Shown here: piece after piece, positions 24,103 to 37,899 of the stretch
Numbering within the stretch: the first letter of the stretch is position 1
How the letters are laid out: every line of letters starts with the position of its first letter
Origin: Pristiophorus japonicus
Taxonomy: Eukaryota
Assembly: GCF_044704955.1 (NCBI RefSeq)
Contig: NC_091989.1
Location: 85,994,001 to 86,058,000, forward strand
Length of the DNA stretch: 64,000 nucleotides
Direction of reading: 5' to 3'
Translations under genes and position numbers: made by a program
Notes under the pieces: generated by a model
Database searches by the model: none
What the model saw: the letters and a program-made list of their open reading frames with translations, nothing else
What the model was told of the DNA's origin: nothing

Positions 24103-26599
24103 TGGGTGACTTTAATCTACATATTGATTGGGCTAACCAAACTGGTAGCAATACGATGGATGAGGACTTCCTGGAGTGTATTAGGGATGGTTTTCTAGAC
24201 CAATATGTCGAGGAACCACCTAGGGAGCTGGCCATCCTTGACTGGGTTGTGTATGATGAGAAAGAATTAATTAGCAATCTTGTTGTGCAAGATCCCGTGG
24301 GGAAGAGTGACCATAATATGGTAGAATTGTTTATTAGGATGGAGGGTGACACAATTAATTCAGAAACTAGGGTCCTGAAATTCAGGAAAGGTAACTTCGA
24401 TGGTTTGATGCTTGAATTGACTAGAATAGATTGACAAATGATACTTAAATCATTGACGGTGGATAGGCAATGGCAAACATTTAAAGATCACATGGATGAA
24501 CTTCAACAATTGTACATCCCTGTCTGGAATAAAAATAAAACGGGGAAGGTGGCTCAACCGTGGCTAACAAGGGAAATTAAGGATAGTGTTAAATCCAAGG
24601 AAGAAGCATATAAATTGGCCAGAAATGCAGCAAACCTGAGGACTGGGACGAATTTAGAATTCAGCAGAGGAGGACAAAGGGTTTACTTAAGAGAGGGAAA
24701 ATAGAGTACAAGAAGAAGCTTGCTGGGAGCATAAAAACTGACTGCAAAAGCATCTATAGATATGTGAAGAGAAAAAGATTAGTGAAGACAAATGTAGATC
24801 TCTTGCAGTCGGATTCAGGTGAATTTATAATGGGGAACAAATAAATGGCAGACCAATTGAACAAATACTTTGGTTCTGTCTTCACGAAGGAAGACACAAC
24901 TAACCTTCCTGAAGTATTAGGTGATCGAGTGTCTAGTGAGAAGGAGGAACTGAAGGATATTCTTATTAGGTGGGAAATTGTGTTAAGGAAATTGATGGGA
25001 TTGAAGACCGATAAATCCCCGGGGGCTGCTAGTCTGCATCCCAGAGTACTTAAGGAAGTGGCCCTAGAAATAGTGGATACATTGGTGATCAGTTTCCAAC
25101 ATTCTATCGACTCTGGATCAGTTCCGATAGAGTGGAGGCTAGTTAATGTAACACCACTTTTTAAAAAGGTAGGGGGAGAGAAAGCGCATAATTATAGGCC
25201 AGTTAGCTTGACATCAGTAGTGGGAAAAATGTTGGAACCCAATTATTAAGGATGCAATAGCAGCGAATTTGGAAAGCAGTGACAGGATCGGACCAAGTCA
25301 GCATGGATTTATGAAGTGGAAATCAAGCTTGACAAATCTTTTGGAATTTTTTGAGGATGTAACTAGTAGAGTGGACAAGGGAGAACCAGTGGTCGTGGTG
25401 TATTTGGACTTTCAAAAGGCTTTTGACAAGGTCACACACAAGAGACTGGTATGCAAAATAAAAGCACATGGTATTGGGGGTAATATACTGATGTGGATAG
25501 AGAACTGGTTGGCAAACCAGCGAGTCAAGATAAACGGGTCCTTTTCAAAATGGCAGGCAGTGACTAGTGGCGTGCCACAGGGCTCAATGCTGGGACGCAG
25601 GCTCTTTACAATATACATTAATGATTTTGATGAAGAAATTGAGTGTAATATGTCCACGTTTGCAGAAGACACTAAACTGGGTGGCGCAGTGAGCTGTGAG
25701 GGGGATGCTAAGAGACTGCAGGGTGACTTGGACAGGTTAGGTGAGTGGGCAAATTGATGGCAGATGCAGTATAATGTGGATAAAAGTGAGCTTATCCACT
25801 TTGGGAGCAAAAACGTGAAGACAGAATATTATCTGAATGGAGGCAGATTACTAAAAGGGGAGGTGCAACGAGACCTCGGTGTCATGGTTCATCAGTCATT
25901 GAAAGTCGGCATACAGGTATAGCAGGCAGTGAAGAAGGCAAATGGTATGTTGGCTTTCATAGCTAGGGGATTTGAGTATAGGAGCAGGGAGGTCTTACTG
26001 CAGTTGTACAGCGCATTGGTGAGGCCTCACCTGGAATATTGTGTTCAGTTTTGGTCTCCTAATCTTAAGAAGGACCTTCTTGCTATTGAGAGAGTTCTTG
26101 CAGCGAAGATTCACCAGACTGATTCCCGGGATGGCTGAACTGACATATGAGGAGAGACTGGGTCAACTGGGCCTTTATACTCTGGAGTTTAGAAGGATGA
26201 GAGGGGTTCTCATAAAAACATATAAGATTCTGACGGGACGGGCAGGTTAGATGCGGGTAGATTGTTCCCAGTGTTGGGGAAGTCCAGAACCAGAGGCACT
26301 GTCTTAGGATAAGGGATAGGTCATTTAGGACTGAGATGAGGAGAAACGTCTTCTCTCAAAGAGTTGGTAACATGTGGAATTCCCTGCCACAGAGAGTTGT
26401 TGTTGCCAGTTCATTGGATATATTCAAGAGGGAGTTAGGTATGGCCTTTTTGGCTCAGCGGATCAAGGGGTATGGAGAGAAAGCAGGAAAGGGGTACTGA
26501 GGAAATGATCAGCCATTATTTATTGAATGGTAGTGCAGGCTCGAACGATCGAATGGCCTACTCCTGCACCTATTTTCTATGTTTCTATGTTTCTATGAA
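24103..26599 (+). mobile_element. 5'-truncated CR1/HER1 LINE
   Basis: ORF fragments 24078-26250, (TTTCTATG)3 tail; probable TSD GACAGGGGGATA (24091-24102) / GACAGTTGGATA (26600-26611). Confidence 0.92.
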
Positions 26600-27139
26600 G
26601 ACAGTTGGATACAAGGGTTGAGCCTCTGAGGATTTCTTTCGGCGGAGGTGCATGTACTTCAGTGATATTGGTCACAGACATATACCAAACATTGATGTAC
26701 AAGCTGGTTTGCGGCTGTTGTAAAGATACGGTTTGTCTGACAGCGGGGTCAACAACTAGTCTTTGCCACATCACTCCATAAAATTACTTACAGTCTACCT
26801 GCTGTACATTCGGTCTGTATTGTTGCAATTTATTAAGGATTAACGATGTTACTGTATTCTGTCTGTTGGGAGTGATCTTTTTTGTAGTCGGGGCAGTAAC
26901 GGAGACTTAAAAAGCCGGTGTACCGCACACCAGCTATCAGATTATTTTCTTCAAGCATCTTGGGGCCATGCTTCCTCAGAAAACTGGCTTCTTTTTAATA
27001 TTGTTGCTGCATTTTCCAACATTTTGGAATCTGTGTTTTATATATTCACAGATATCTTCCGATATGCACATTACTTCCGATGCAAGCATATGTCCTACTA
27101 AGCTCGACAGAAAACAAATACGTAGTGAATCAACCACAT

Positions 27140-27285
27140 AAAGGCAGAGTGACTGGTCCTTCATCTTGTTGCTGCCTGTGGGACCTTGTGCGCAAATTGG
27201 AGGCGCGTTTTCCCATATAATAGGGACTGCAAAAAAGTGAGTCATTGGTTGAAAAGCTCTGTGTGACGTCGTATCAAGTTCATTC
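27140..27285 (+). mobile_element. Deu-domain SINE remnant (SacSINE1/AmnSINE1-like)
   Basis: GCTGCCTGTGGGACCTTGTGCGCAAATTGG..CGCGTTTTCC..TCATTGGTTG..AAAGC resembles the Deu-domain/3' consensus as I recall it; no alignment was run. Confidence 0.6.
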
Positions 27286-28443
27286 TTATTACATCCAGTA
27301 AATGTTCTAAGACTGAAATTGAGGGTTGTTGAATTTAATTGTTAAATGCCTTATGTATCGTCCGCTTCCTTTGTCCACTGCTTCATTGCAGTTACTGCTT
27401 CATTTATATTAATTTAGTTTACATAAAATCAGGTCTGCAGGCACACAATTTGTGATATAAGCTCCCGGTGAATAACACTCTCTCCTGACAATTTGTAATT
27501 AAAGACATCCCTTTTTATCTCATGTTAAAGTCGATTTTTCCTACCTGACTCTTTCTAACTAGTCAAAGGCATGACACTTGTAATGGTCCTGAGATTGTCT
27601 GCGTTATCTTTTATTAGTTGCTGAAAATCCTCTTGGATTCACTCGGCCCCATTCCTTCCTGCAAGGTCGGTGAACTTTACGACATGGCTGTGCAGCCTCG
27701 CATTTCAATTTGTTTTAAGTCTATATCTTGCCGTCTGGGAAGCAAGGTAGCATTTGGGAACTCGGAGTCGCAGTTGAATGGGTGGATTTTAAACGCGTCA
27801 CCCGGTTTGAAATTGGCCATTGGCGACTGGTGGATGGTAAAGGAACGGAAATGAAAGGAGTTCATTGAGAATCTCCTCACATGCTCGCAACCTCCGAATC
27901 CTTGGCTTTAGTGCTCTAGTTACGACGTGAATAGACTATATCCGGTGCTGGGTATGTATTCTGTGTGGTAGATGGCCTGTGCTTTTGAAAAATGATTTGT
28001 GGGCTTTTATTTGGTGCAGGTTGGAGTAGATGTTATACATATGTAATATTCCCGCTTTCTTCATTACCTCAAATGAGAGATTGCCCACCCCAGTGAGTTG
28101 GGTACAAAACATTCCGATGGCAATCGTGCACCTTCTGATAATCTACTGAATCTTCTCCGTTATTCTGTCAGTAAACGGTCCTTCATCTCCACGTTACTAT
28201 TGGAATGTTTGTCGGATATCATGTTGTCCACTCCAATAAAGGATCTGTTAGCCAATTTATTTTAAACGTGTTCATAGTTCCAATATATATGGTACAAAAC
28301 AATGTGATATGAAGTTAGTACGCCTTTGTCTGATCATACCAATAATAGTAATATCTGGGATTTGCTTACAAAGCAACACATTATAAAATATTAGCATAAA
28401 TTGATCGTTCAGTGACGTTGCACATAAGCGTGGGGCGGGGGGG

Positions 28444-28592
28444 GGGATAATTTTGACTTTCGTTTCGACAGTGTAAAACGAGTTGTATCGATTCAGCCGC
28501 CCATTATCCATTTCTCCTGATTTGCTTTTCCAATGTAAAGGTGTATAACGATATGGCCCTTTTACACCATTGCTGAAAGTTAAAATTATCCC
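28444..28592. mobile_element. MITE with GGG-starting terminal inverted repeats
   Basis: GGGATAATTTTGACTTTC / GAAAGTTAAAATTATCCC (17 of 18 complementary), with inner GTGTAAAA / TTTTACAC. Confidence 0.75.
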
Positions 28593-28676
28593 GAATGAGT
28601 GACAATCAAGTATTGTCTTCGGACCTAATTCAATCAGGAACCATATATATAATTCTGTCACGACTTGAAAATCAAG

Positions 28677-28837
28677 GTGGTAATTCTGACGTTGTGCGAT
28701 AGTGTAAAACGGGTGGTGATTAATAGGCAGATCATTTTAGATTGATCTCAATGGAAATAAAATCGGGAGTGATGTACAATTTGCTGCCGATTCGCTTTCA
28801 CGCGTTTTGGACTGTGGCACAAAGTTGATATTACCCC
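28677..28837. mobile_element. Second copy of the same MITE family, inverted relative to the first
   Basis: GGTAATTCTGACGTTGTGCGATAGTGTAAAACG ... CGTTTTGGACTGTGGCACAAAGTTGATATTACCCC; its internal reverse complement resembles 28480-28535. Confidence 0.65.
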
Positions 28838-29546
28838 ATCGATTTTGTCCCGTTTTAAATAACGTTTGACACCTTTACTAATCCATTTCCAATGCTGTTA
28901 CACAATGGACATTAAAATCGGCCCGGCACCACAATTACCGTGGCCACTTCGCCACATTATCGTCCAATGGAGGAAGATGCAAATCCATTCCTGACAGTGA
29001 GGACTAAATATAGTCTTCTGGCGAAGGAGGGTGGTTTACATTAGGATTAACGATCCTGGGAAACCTAGAGGAAGGGTTTGATGCGAGAGCGGGAGGAAAG
29101 GTAGAGCCGGGTGTGATGCTGGCGGCGAAGCAGGCTGAGGAAGTTAGGAGATGAGGAAGAGTGGAAAGACTTGAATGGGAAGAGGAGTGTGAAGAAGAGG
29201 TTGAGAAGCAAAGCAAGAGTAGCGGGGAAGCGAGGCGGTGGAAGAGAAGGGAAAGAAATGTAGTAGAAGGGGGAGGAAGAGCAAAGGATGAGAGGCGGAG
29301 GAGGTGGGACGGTAGAACGGTGAGGAGGAGATGTTGACAGAGGATTGGACTGCAGGAGGAGGCGAAGTTAGAGCGGACAGTGACGGTGACCAGGGCCTTG
29401 AGAAGCCCAAGCAGCAGAGAACGAATTTAGGGCCCCGAATATCGGGGGCGCTGCAAGTCAGACACGGATACAAGCAGTGAAAGCACATATAATACAAACA
29501 AGAAAATGCAAATATTATGGGGTCGCACATAAAATATGCGCAGACA

Positions 29547-32040
29547 CATCATCATCATAGGCAGTACCTCGGAATCGAGGAAGACTTGCTTTCACTCTAA
29601 AAGTGAGTTCTTTATAGCTGTACAATCCAACGCGGGAATTACAGTCTCTGTCACAGGTGGGACATACAGTGGTTGAAGGAAAGGGTGGGTGGCGAGTTTG
29701 GTTTTCTGCACGCTCCTTCCGCTGCCTGCATTTGCTTTCTGCATGCTCTCCGCGATGAGAATCGAGGTGCTCAGCACCCTCCCAGATGCTCTTCCTCCAC
29801 TTTGGTCGGCCTTGGGCCAGGGACTCCCAGGTGTTGGTGTGGATGTTACACATAATCAAGGAGGATTTGAGGGTGTCCTTGCAGTATTTCCTCTGCCCAC
29901 CTGGGGATCGCTTGCCGTGTATGACTTCCGAGTAGAGCACTTGCTTTGTGAGGCTTGTGTCAGGCATTCGGACGATGTGGCCCGCTCAATGGTGCTGGTC
30001 GACTATGGTCATTGCTTCGATGCTGGGTTTGTTGACCTGATCGAGAACACTGACGTTTGTGGGTCAACCCTCCAAGTGCATTTGCAGGATTTTGCAGAGA
30101 CAGCTATGGTGGTAAATCTCCAGCACTTTGAGCTGTTAACTGTATAAGGTCCATGTCTCTGAGCAATACAGGACGGCGGGTATCGCTACTGCCCTGGAGA
30201 CCAAAAGCTTGGTGCAAGATTTGAGGTCCTTGTCTTCAAACACTCTCTTCCTCAGGCGACTGAAGGCTGCACTGGCAAACTCGGGCCGGTGTTGGACCTC
30301 GTTACCTGCCCTTGCTGATAGTAGGTTCCAGGGATATGGAAAATGTTCCACGTTGTCCAAGGCCGAGCCATGGATTTTGATAACCGGGGGGGCGGGTGTG
30401 CAGTGCTATGTGGCGGGGTCAGTTTGGTGGAGGATCTTTGTCTTACGGATGTTTTGTGTGAAGCCCATGCTTTTGTATACCTCAGTAAAAGTTTGGACGA
30501 TGGCTTGGAATTCGGCCTCTGGATGTGCGCAGATGCAAGTGTTGTTTGCAGACTGTAGTTCGATGACAGAGGATGGGATGACCATGGATCTAGCCTGTAG
30601 GTGACAAAGTTTAAACAGGTTCCCATTGCTTCTATTGCTTAGTTCCAAACCAGCAGGGAGCTGGTTGATAGCGAAATGGAGCATTGCAGCAAAAAAGATC
30701 GAGAAGAGCTTTGGTGCGATGATGCACTCCTGCTTGAAGGCCATGTACAAGTGTTGGTACTGTTCCCTACATTTCTCTTGTCGTTGTTGTGCGGTGAAGA
30801 TCATGCCCATTGTACCCCTTAATGAATGGAACCGCATCGTGATTCTGGGAGGTGTTCTTCAGTCATAGGGAGAAGACGGTTGAGGAGGGTTCTTGCGATG
30901 ACTTTCCTAGTGGCCGACAGCAGGGTAACTCCTCTGTAGTTACCACAGTCGGCTTTGTCACCTTTTGAGAAGATTGTCATGATTACAGCATCTCTGAGAT
31001 CTCCTGACAACCACTCCATCTTCCAGTTAAGTGAGATGAGGTCATGTATTTGTGTGAATAGTCCTTCTCCACCATACTTTGGTGCCTCAGCGGGGATTTC
31101 ATCTGCTCCTGATGCCTTGTTGCTCTTGAGGTGACGAATACCTTTTTCTACCTCGTGCAAGGCTGGGGTTTTGCTGAGATGGGAGTGGGTGACCTGCTGC
31201 AGGATAGAGTCTCGGACACTCGTGTCGAAGGCAGGGTCTTGGTTTCGGAGATCTTTGAAGTGTTCCTTCAAGCGGGCCCTGACTGCCTCGGTGCCCTTAA
31301 TGAGTGCCTGTCCATTCTTGGCCAGCAGTGAGGTGAGGCCTTGGGTGCTTCGGCCATAGGTGGTCTTGACTGCGCTGAAGAATTGCACACGTCACGGTTG
31401 TCTTCCACCCACCGTCTATTCTTTAGTTCGCCCTGTTTTGTTGGACCTCGGCCGTCAGCTGCCTGTAGAGATGATTTGATGCTCCTGAGTTGGGTTGCTG
31501 CTTTAAGTTCAGAAATGCCTTGCGCTTGTGGCTTATAAGCTCCTGGATTTCCTGGTCATTCTCTTCAAACCAGACTTGGTGTTTCCTGGTTGAGTGACCG
31601 AGATCTCTCCGCAGGCGCTAGTTATGGACGCTTTGAGAGTAGGCCAGGCACTGTGGGCACTATTCGTCTCAGGGTCATCGAGGGTCACCAGGTTGGCAGT
31701 GAGGCGCTGGCTGTATCGGGCTCTCTTAACTGGTTCTTTGAGTGCCACGGTGTTTATTGTTCTGCAGCATTCTTTCTGTTGCCGTCGCTGTTTCTGGGCT
31801 ATGTTGATGCTAATGACAGAGCAGATTAGGTGGTAGCATGTTCAGCAGTTGTCGGCTCCTGTCATGGCACAGGTGATCTATATGTCCTTGCGGTCCCTTG
31901 CTCGGATGAAGACGTAATTGAACAGTGCCAGTGCTTGGAGCCTGGGTGCTGCCATTAAGCCTTGTTGTACTTGTTCCCCTGGAACAAGGTGTTGTTGATG
32001 ACAAGGTCGTCTTCTAGCCATTTTTCAGGAAAAGGGACGA
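29547..32040 (-). mobile_element. RTE-clade LINE, 5'-truncated and frameshifted
   Basis: Endonuclease W.HPGSKHWH; KASGADEIPAE..KGDKADCGNYRGVTLLS; C-terminal zinc finger CPTCDRDCNSRVGLYS; (GAT)n tail; CAGACAC on both flanks. Confidence 0.9.
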
Positions 32041-32100
32041 GACACAGACACAAAAAAACATACATACGTAGAAAACAGAAGAATTTAATTGGCAATTAAT

Positions 32101-34325
32101 ACGAACATAAGAACATAAGAAATAGGAGCAGGTATAGGCCATACGGCCCCCTCGAGCCTGCTCCGCCATGTAATACGATCATGGCTGATCCGATCATGGA
32201 CTCAGGTCCACTTCCCTGCCCGCTCCCCATAACCCCTTATTCCCTGATTGATTAATAGACTGTCTATCTCTGTCGTAAATGTATTTAATGACCCAGCTTC
32301 CACAGCTCTCTGAAGCAGCGAATTCCACAGAGGTACAACTCTTTGAAAGAAGAAATTCCTCTTTATCTCAGTTTTAAATGGGCGGTCCATTATTCTAAGA
32401 TCAAGCACCCTAGTTCTAGTCTTACCTATCAGTGAAAACATCCTCTCTGCATCCACCTTGTCAAGCCCCCTCATAATCTTATATGTTTCGATAGGATCAC
32501 CTCTCATTCTTCTGAATGCCAATGGCCTCACCAATAACCTGTATAACTGTAGCAAGACATCCCTGCTTTTATACTCCATCCCCTTTGCAATTAAGTCCAA
32601 GATCCCATTGGACTTCCTGATCACTTGCTGTACCTGCATACTAAACTTTTATGTTTCATGCACCAGGGCCCACAGGTCCCACTGTTCTGCAGCACTTTGC
32701 ATTTTTTCTCAATTTAAATAATAACTTGCTCTCCGATTTTTTTTTCTGCCAAAGTGCATAACCTCACACTTTGCAGCATTATTCTCCATCTGCCAAATTT
32801 TTGCCCACTCACTTAGTCTGTCTATGCCTTTTCGCAATTTTTTTGTGTCCTCCTCACACATTGCTTTCCCTTTAATCTTTGTATCATCAGCAAACTTGGT
32901 TACGTTACCCTCGGTGCCCTCATCCAATTTGTTAATATAGATTGTAAATAGTTGGGGTCCCAGCACTGATCCCTGCGGCACCCCACTAGTTACTGATTGG
33001 CAACCCGAGAATGCACAATTTATCCTGACTCTCTGTTGCCTGTTAGTTAGCCAATCGTCTATCCATGCCAGTACATTATCCCCAACCCCGTGAACTTTTA
33101 CCTTGTGCAGTAACCTTTCATGTGCCACCTTGTCAACTGCCTTCTGGAAATCCAAATACACCACATCCACTGGTTCCCCTTTATCCACCTTGTTCGTTAC
33201 ATCCTCAAAGGATTCCACAAATTTGTCAAACATGACTTTCCCTTCATAAATCCATGCTGACTCTGCCTGACTGAGGCTTTTCCAAATGTCCTGCTAATGG
33301 ACTCCAACATTTTCCCAACGACAGATATTAGGCTAACTGATCTATAGTTTCCTGATTGTTTTCTGCTTTCTTTTTAGAAACATTTGCAGTTTTACAATCT
33401 GCTAGGACCTCCCCAGAATCCAATGAATTTTGGTAAATTACAACCAATGCATCCACTATTTCTGCCTCTACTTCTCAAGACCTTAAATGCAAGCTGTCAG
33501 GTCCAGAGGATTTATCTGCCTTTCGTCCCATTATCTTATTGAGTACCATTTCCTTAGTAATTGTGATTGTGTTAAGTTCCTCACCCCTATAGGCCCTTGA
33601 CTCTCCACTGTTGGGATATATTTAGTACCCACTACCGTAAAGACTAATACAAAATATTTATTAACAGTTTCTGCCATCTCCATGTTCCTCATCACGAATT
33701 CCCTGGTCTTGTCCTCTAAGGGATTAAGATTTATTTAGCCACCCTTTTCCTTTTGTATATACTTGCAGAAACACTTGCTATCTGTTTTTATGTTTCGGGC
33801 CAGTTTACTTTCATAGTCTATCTTCCCTTTCCTAATTATTTCTTCAGTCATTCTTTTCTGGCATTTCAAAGCTTTCCAATCTTCTGCCCTCTTTATGTGC
33901 CCTTGTTTTTAATTGGATGCCATCCTTTATTTCTTTAGTTAGGCACGGATAGCTATCTTATCTTTTACCCTCTCCTCCTCACTGGAATATATTTATCTGG
34001 GGAGTTATGAAATATCTCCTTAAATGTACAACCGTCCTATACTTTAATCTATTTTCCCAGTCCACTTTAGTCAAGTCTGCCCTCATACCTTCATAGTCTC
34101 CTTTATTTAAGCTTAATACGCTGGTTTGGGATCCAACTTTCTCACCCTCCATCTGGATTTGAAATTCAACCATGCTATGATCACTCATTCCAAGGGGATC
34201 CTTTATTGTAGATTAATTATTAATCCTGTCTCATTACACAGGACTAGATCGAAGATAGCCTGCCCCCTGGTTGGTTCCGTTACATACTAATCAAGGAACC
34301 CATCCCTTATGCACTCTTTGATATC
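32101..34325 (-). mobile_element. CR1/HER1 LINE (TTCTTATG-tail subfamily) with internal deletions
   Basis: RT ORF 32709-33233 (GVPQGSVLGP, FADDTK), AACATAAG tail units; same subfamily as 86-7217. Confidence 0.9.
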
Positions 34326-37300
34326 TTGGAGCAGGTGCAGGACATTCGGAAAAGGGAGGGTGTACAGCCAGTTGTCGTGATGCATATATGTATCAACGAT
34401 ATAGGTAAAAAATGTGATGAGGTCCTACGAGACGAATTTAGGGAGCTAGGAGTTAAATTAAAAAGTAGGTCCTCAAAAGTAGCAGTCTCAGGATTGCTAC
34501 CAGTGCTACGTGCTAGTCAGAGTAGGAATCATAGGATAGCTCAGATGAATATGTGGCTTGAGGAATAGTGCAGAAGGGAGAGATTCAAATTCCTGGGACA
34601 TTGGAACCGGTTCTGTAGAAGGTGGGACCAGCAAAAACCATTCAGTCTGCACCTGGGCAGGACCGGAACCGATGTCCTCGGGGGAGTGTTTGCGAGTGCG
34701 GTTTGGGAGGAGTTAAACTAATAAGGCAGGGGGATGGGAACCTATGCAGGGTGACAGAGGGGAATAAAATGGAGACAGAAGCAAAAGATAGAAAGGAGAA
34801 TAGTAAAAGTGGAGGTTAGAAAAACACAAGGCAAAAAACAAAAAGGGCCACTTTACAATAGAATTGTAAAGGTTAAAAGTGTGTTAAAAAGACAAGCCTG
34901 AAGGCTCTGTGCCTCAATGTGAGGAGCATTCAGAATAAGGTGGACAAATTAACTGCGCAGATAGCAGTTGACGGGGATGATGTGATTGGCATCACAGAAA
35001 CATAGCTCCAGGGTGACCAAGGCTGGGAACTCAACATTCGGGGTATTCAGCATTTAGGAAGGATAGAAGGATAGACATAAAGGAAAAGGAGGCGAGGTGG
35101 TATTGCTGGTTAAAGAGGAAATTAATGCAATCGTAAGGAAGGACATTAGCTTGGATGATGCGGAATCGGTATGGGTGGAGCTACAGAATACCAAAGGGCA
35201 GAAAATGCTAGTGGAAGTTGTGTACAGGCCACCAAATAGTGGTGATGAGGTTGGGGACAGCATCAAACAAGAAATAAGGGACGTGTGCAATAAAGATACA
35301 GCAGTAATCATGGGCGACTTTAATCTACATATTGATAGGGCTAACCTAACTGGTAGCAATGTGGTAGAGGAGGATTTCCAGGAATGTATTACGGATGGTT
35401 TTTGAGACCAATATGTCGCGGAACCAACCAGAGAGCTGGCCATCCTAGACTGGGTGATGTGTAATGAGAAGGGACTAATTAGCAATCTTGTTGTGCGAGG
35501 CCCCTTGGGGAAGAGTGACCATAATATGGTAGAATTCTTTATTAAGATAGAAGTGACAAAGTTAATTCAGAAACTAGGGTCCTGAACATAAGGAAAGATA
35601 ACTTTGATGGTATGATGCGAGAATTGGCTAGATTGGACTGGCAAATGATACTTAAAGGGTTGACAGTGGATAGGCAATGGCAAACCTTTAAAGATCATAT
35701 GGGCGAACATCAACAATTGTACATCCCTGTCTGGAGTAAAAATAAAACGCGAAAGGTGGCTCAACCATGGCTAACAAAGGAAATTAAGAATAGTGTTAAA
35801 TCCAAGGAAGAGGCATACAAATTAGCCAGAAAAAGTAGCAAGGCGGAGGACTGGGAGAAATTTAAAATGCAGCAGAGGAGGGCAAAGGGTTTAATTAAGA
35901 GAGGGAACATAGATTACGAGAGGAAGTTTGCCAGAAACATAAAAAATGACTGCAAAAGCTTCTATCGATTTGTGAAAAGAAACAGATTAGTGAAGACAAA
36001 CGTTGGTCTCTTGTAGTCGGATTCGGGTGAATTTATAATGGGGAACAAAGAAATGGCAGAGGAATTGAACAAGCACTTTGGTTCTGTCTTCACAAAAGAA
36101 GGCACAAGAAACCTTCCCAATGTACTAGGGGTCCGAAGGTCTAGTGAGAAGGAGGAACTGAAGGATATCCTTATTCAGCGGGAAATTGTGTTCGGGAAAT
36201 CCCCAGAGTCTACATCCCAGAGTACTTAAGGAAGTGGCCCTAGAAATAGGAGATGCATTGGTGATAATTTTCCAACAGTCTATTGGCTCTGCATCAGTTC
36301 CTATGGACTGGAAGGTTGCTAATGTAACACCACTTTTTAAAAAAGGAGGGAGAGAGAAAACATGTAATTATAGACCCGTTAGCCTGACATCAGTAGTGGG
36401 GAAAATGTTGAAATCAATCACTAAGCATGAAATAGCAGCACATTTGGAAAGCTGGGATCGGATTTGTCCAAGTCAGCATAGAGTTATGAAGGGGAAATCA
36501 TGCTTGTCAAATCTTCTGGATTTTTTTGAGGATTTAACTAGTAGAGTGGGCAGGGGAAAACCAGTGGATATAGTGTATTTGGAGTTTCAAAATGCTTTCG
36601 ACAGGGTCCCACACAAAAGATTGGTGTGCAAAATCAAAGCACATGGTATTGGGGGTAATGTACTGATGTGGATGGAGAATTGGTTGGCAGACAGGAAGCA
36701 GAGAGTCGGGATTAACGGGTCCTTTTCAGAATGGCAGGCAGTAACTAGTGGAGTGCCGCAGGGCTCTGTGCTGGGACCCCAGTTCTTTACAATATATATT
36801 AATGATTTGCATGATGGAATTGAGTGTAATATCTCCAAGTTTGCAGATGGCACTCAACTGCGTGCCGATGTGAGCTGTGAGGAGGCTGCAGGGTGATTTG
36901 GACAGGTTAGGCGAGTGGGCAAATACATGGCAGATGCAGTATAATGTGGATAAATGTGAGGTTATCCACTTTGGGGGCAAAAACACGAAGGCAGAATATT
37001 ATCTGAATGGCGGCAGATTAGGAAAAGGGGAGGTGCTGCGAGACTTGGGTGGCATGCTTCATCAGTCATTGAAGGTTGGAATGCAGGTACAGCAGGCAGT
37101 GAAGAAGGCAAATGGTATGTTGGCCTTCATAGCAAGGGGATTTGAGTATAGGAGCAGGGAAGTCTTGCTGCAGTTGTACAGGGCCTTGATGGCCCACCTG
37201 GAATATTGTGATCTGTTTTGGTCTCCTAATCAGAGGAAGGACGTTCTTCCTATTGAGGGAGTGCAGCGAAGGTTCACCAGACTGATTCCTGGGATAGCAG

Positions 37301-37765
37301 GACTGACATATGAGGAGAGACTGGATCGGCTGGGCCTGTATTCACTGGAGTTTAGAAGGATGAGAGGGTATCTCATAGAAATATATAAAGTTCTGACGGG
37401 ACTGGACAGGTTAAATGCAGGAAGAATGTTCCCGATGTTGGGGAAGTCCAGAACCAGGGAACATGGACTTAGGATATGGGGTAAGCCATTTAGGACTGAG
37501 ATGAGGAGAAACTTCTTCACTCAGAGATTTGTTAACCTATGGAATTCACTACTGCAGAGAGTTGTTGATGCCACTTCATTGCATATATTCAAGAGGGAGT
37601 TAGATATGCCCCTCGTGGCTTAAGGGATCAAGGGGTATGGAGAGAAAGCAGGAACGGGGTACTAAAGGAATGATCAGCCGTGATCTTATTGAATGGTGGT
37701 GCAGGCTCGAAGGGCCGGATGCCCTACTGCTGTACCTATTTTCTATGTTTCTATGTCTCTATGTT
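34326..37765 (+). mobile_element. CR1/HER1 LINE from ORF1 esterase remnant to 3' tail
   Basis: VVVMHICINDIG..VSGLLPVLR (ORF1), endonuclease 35097-35405, RT 36186-37623, TTTCTATG tail. Confidence 0.92.
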
Positions 37766-37899
37766 TCCTCAATTCCGCCCAATAAAGCTCATGTTGTATA
37801 GCAGGGTAAGTACATGGAACCAGCAGCATTGCGCAGTCACCAGCTACTTTCATATGACTGGAGAAACTTATAACAAGATGTCTCGTTTGCCTCTCCATT

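Noticed and set aside
27618-27880. Possible exons after pyrimidine-rich acceptors on either strand
   Set aside because: Translations show no Ig or other recognisable motif and cannot be linked to a gene model.
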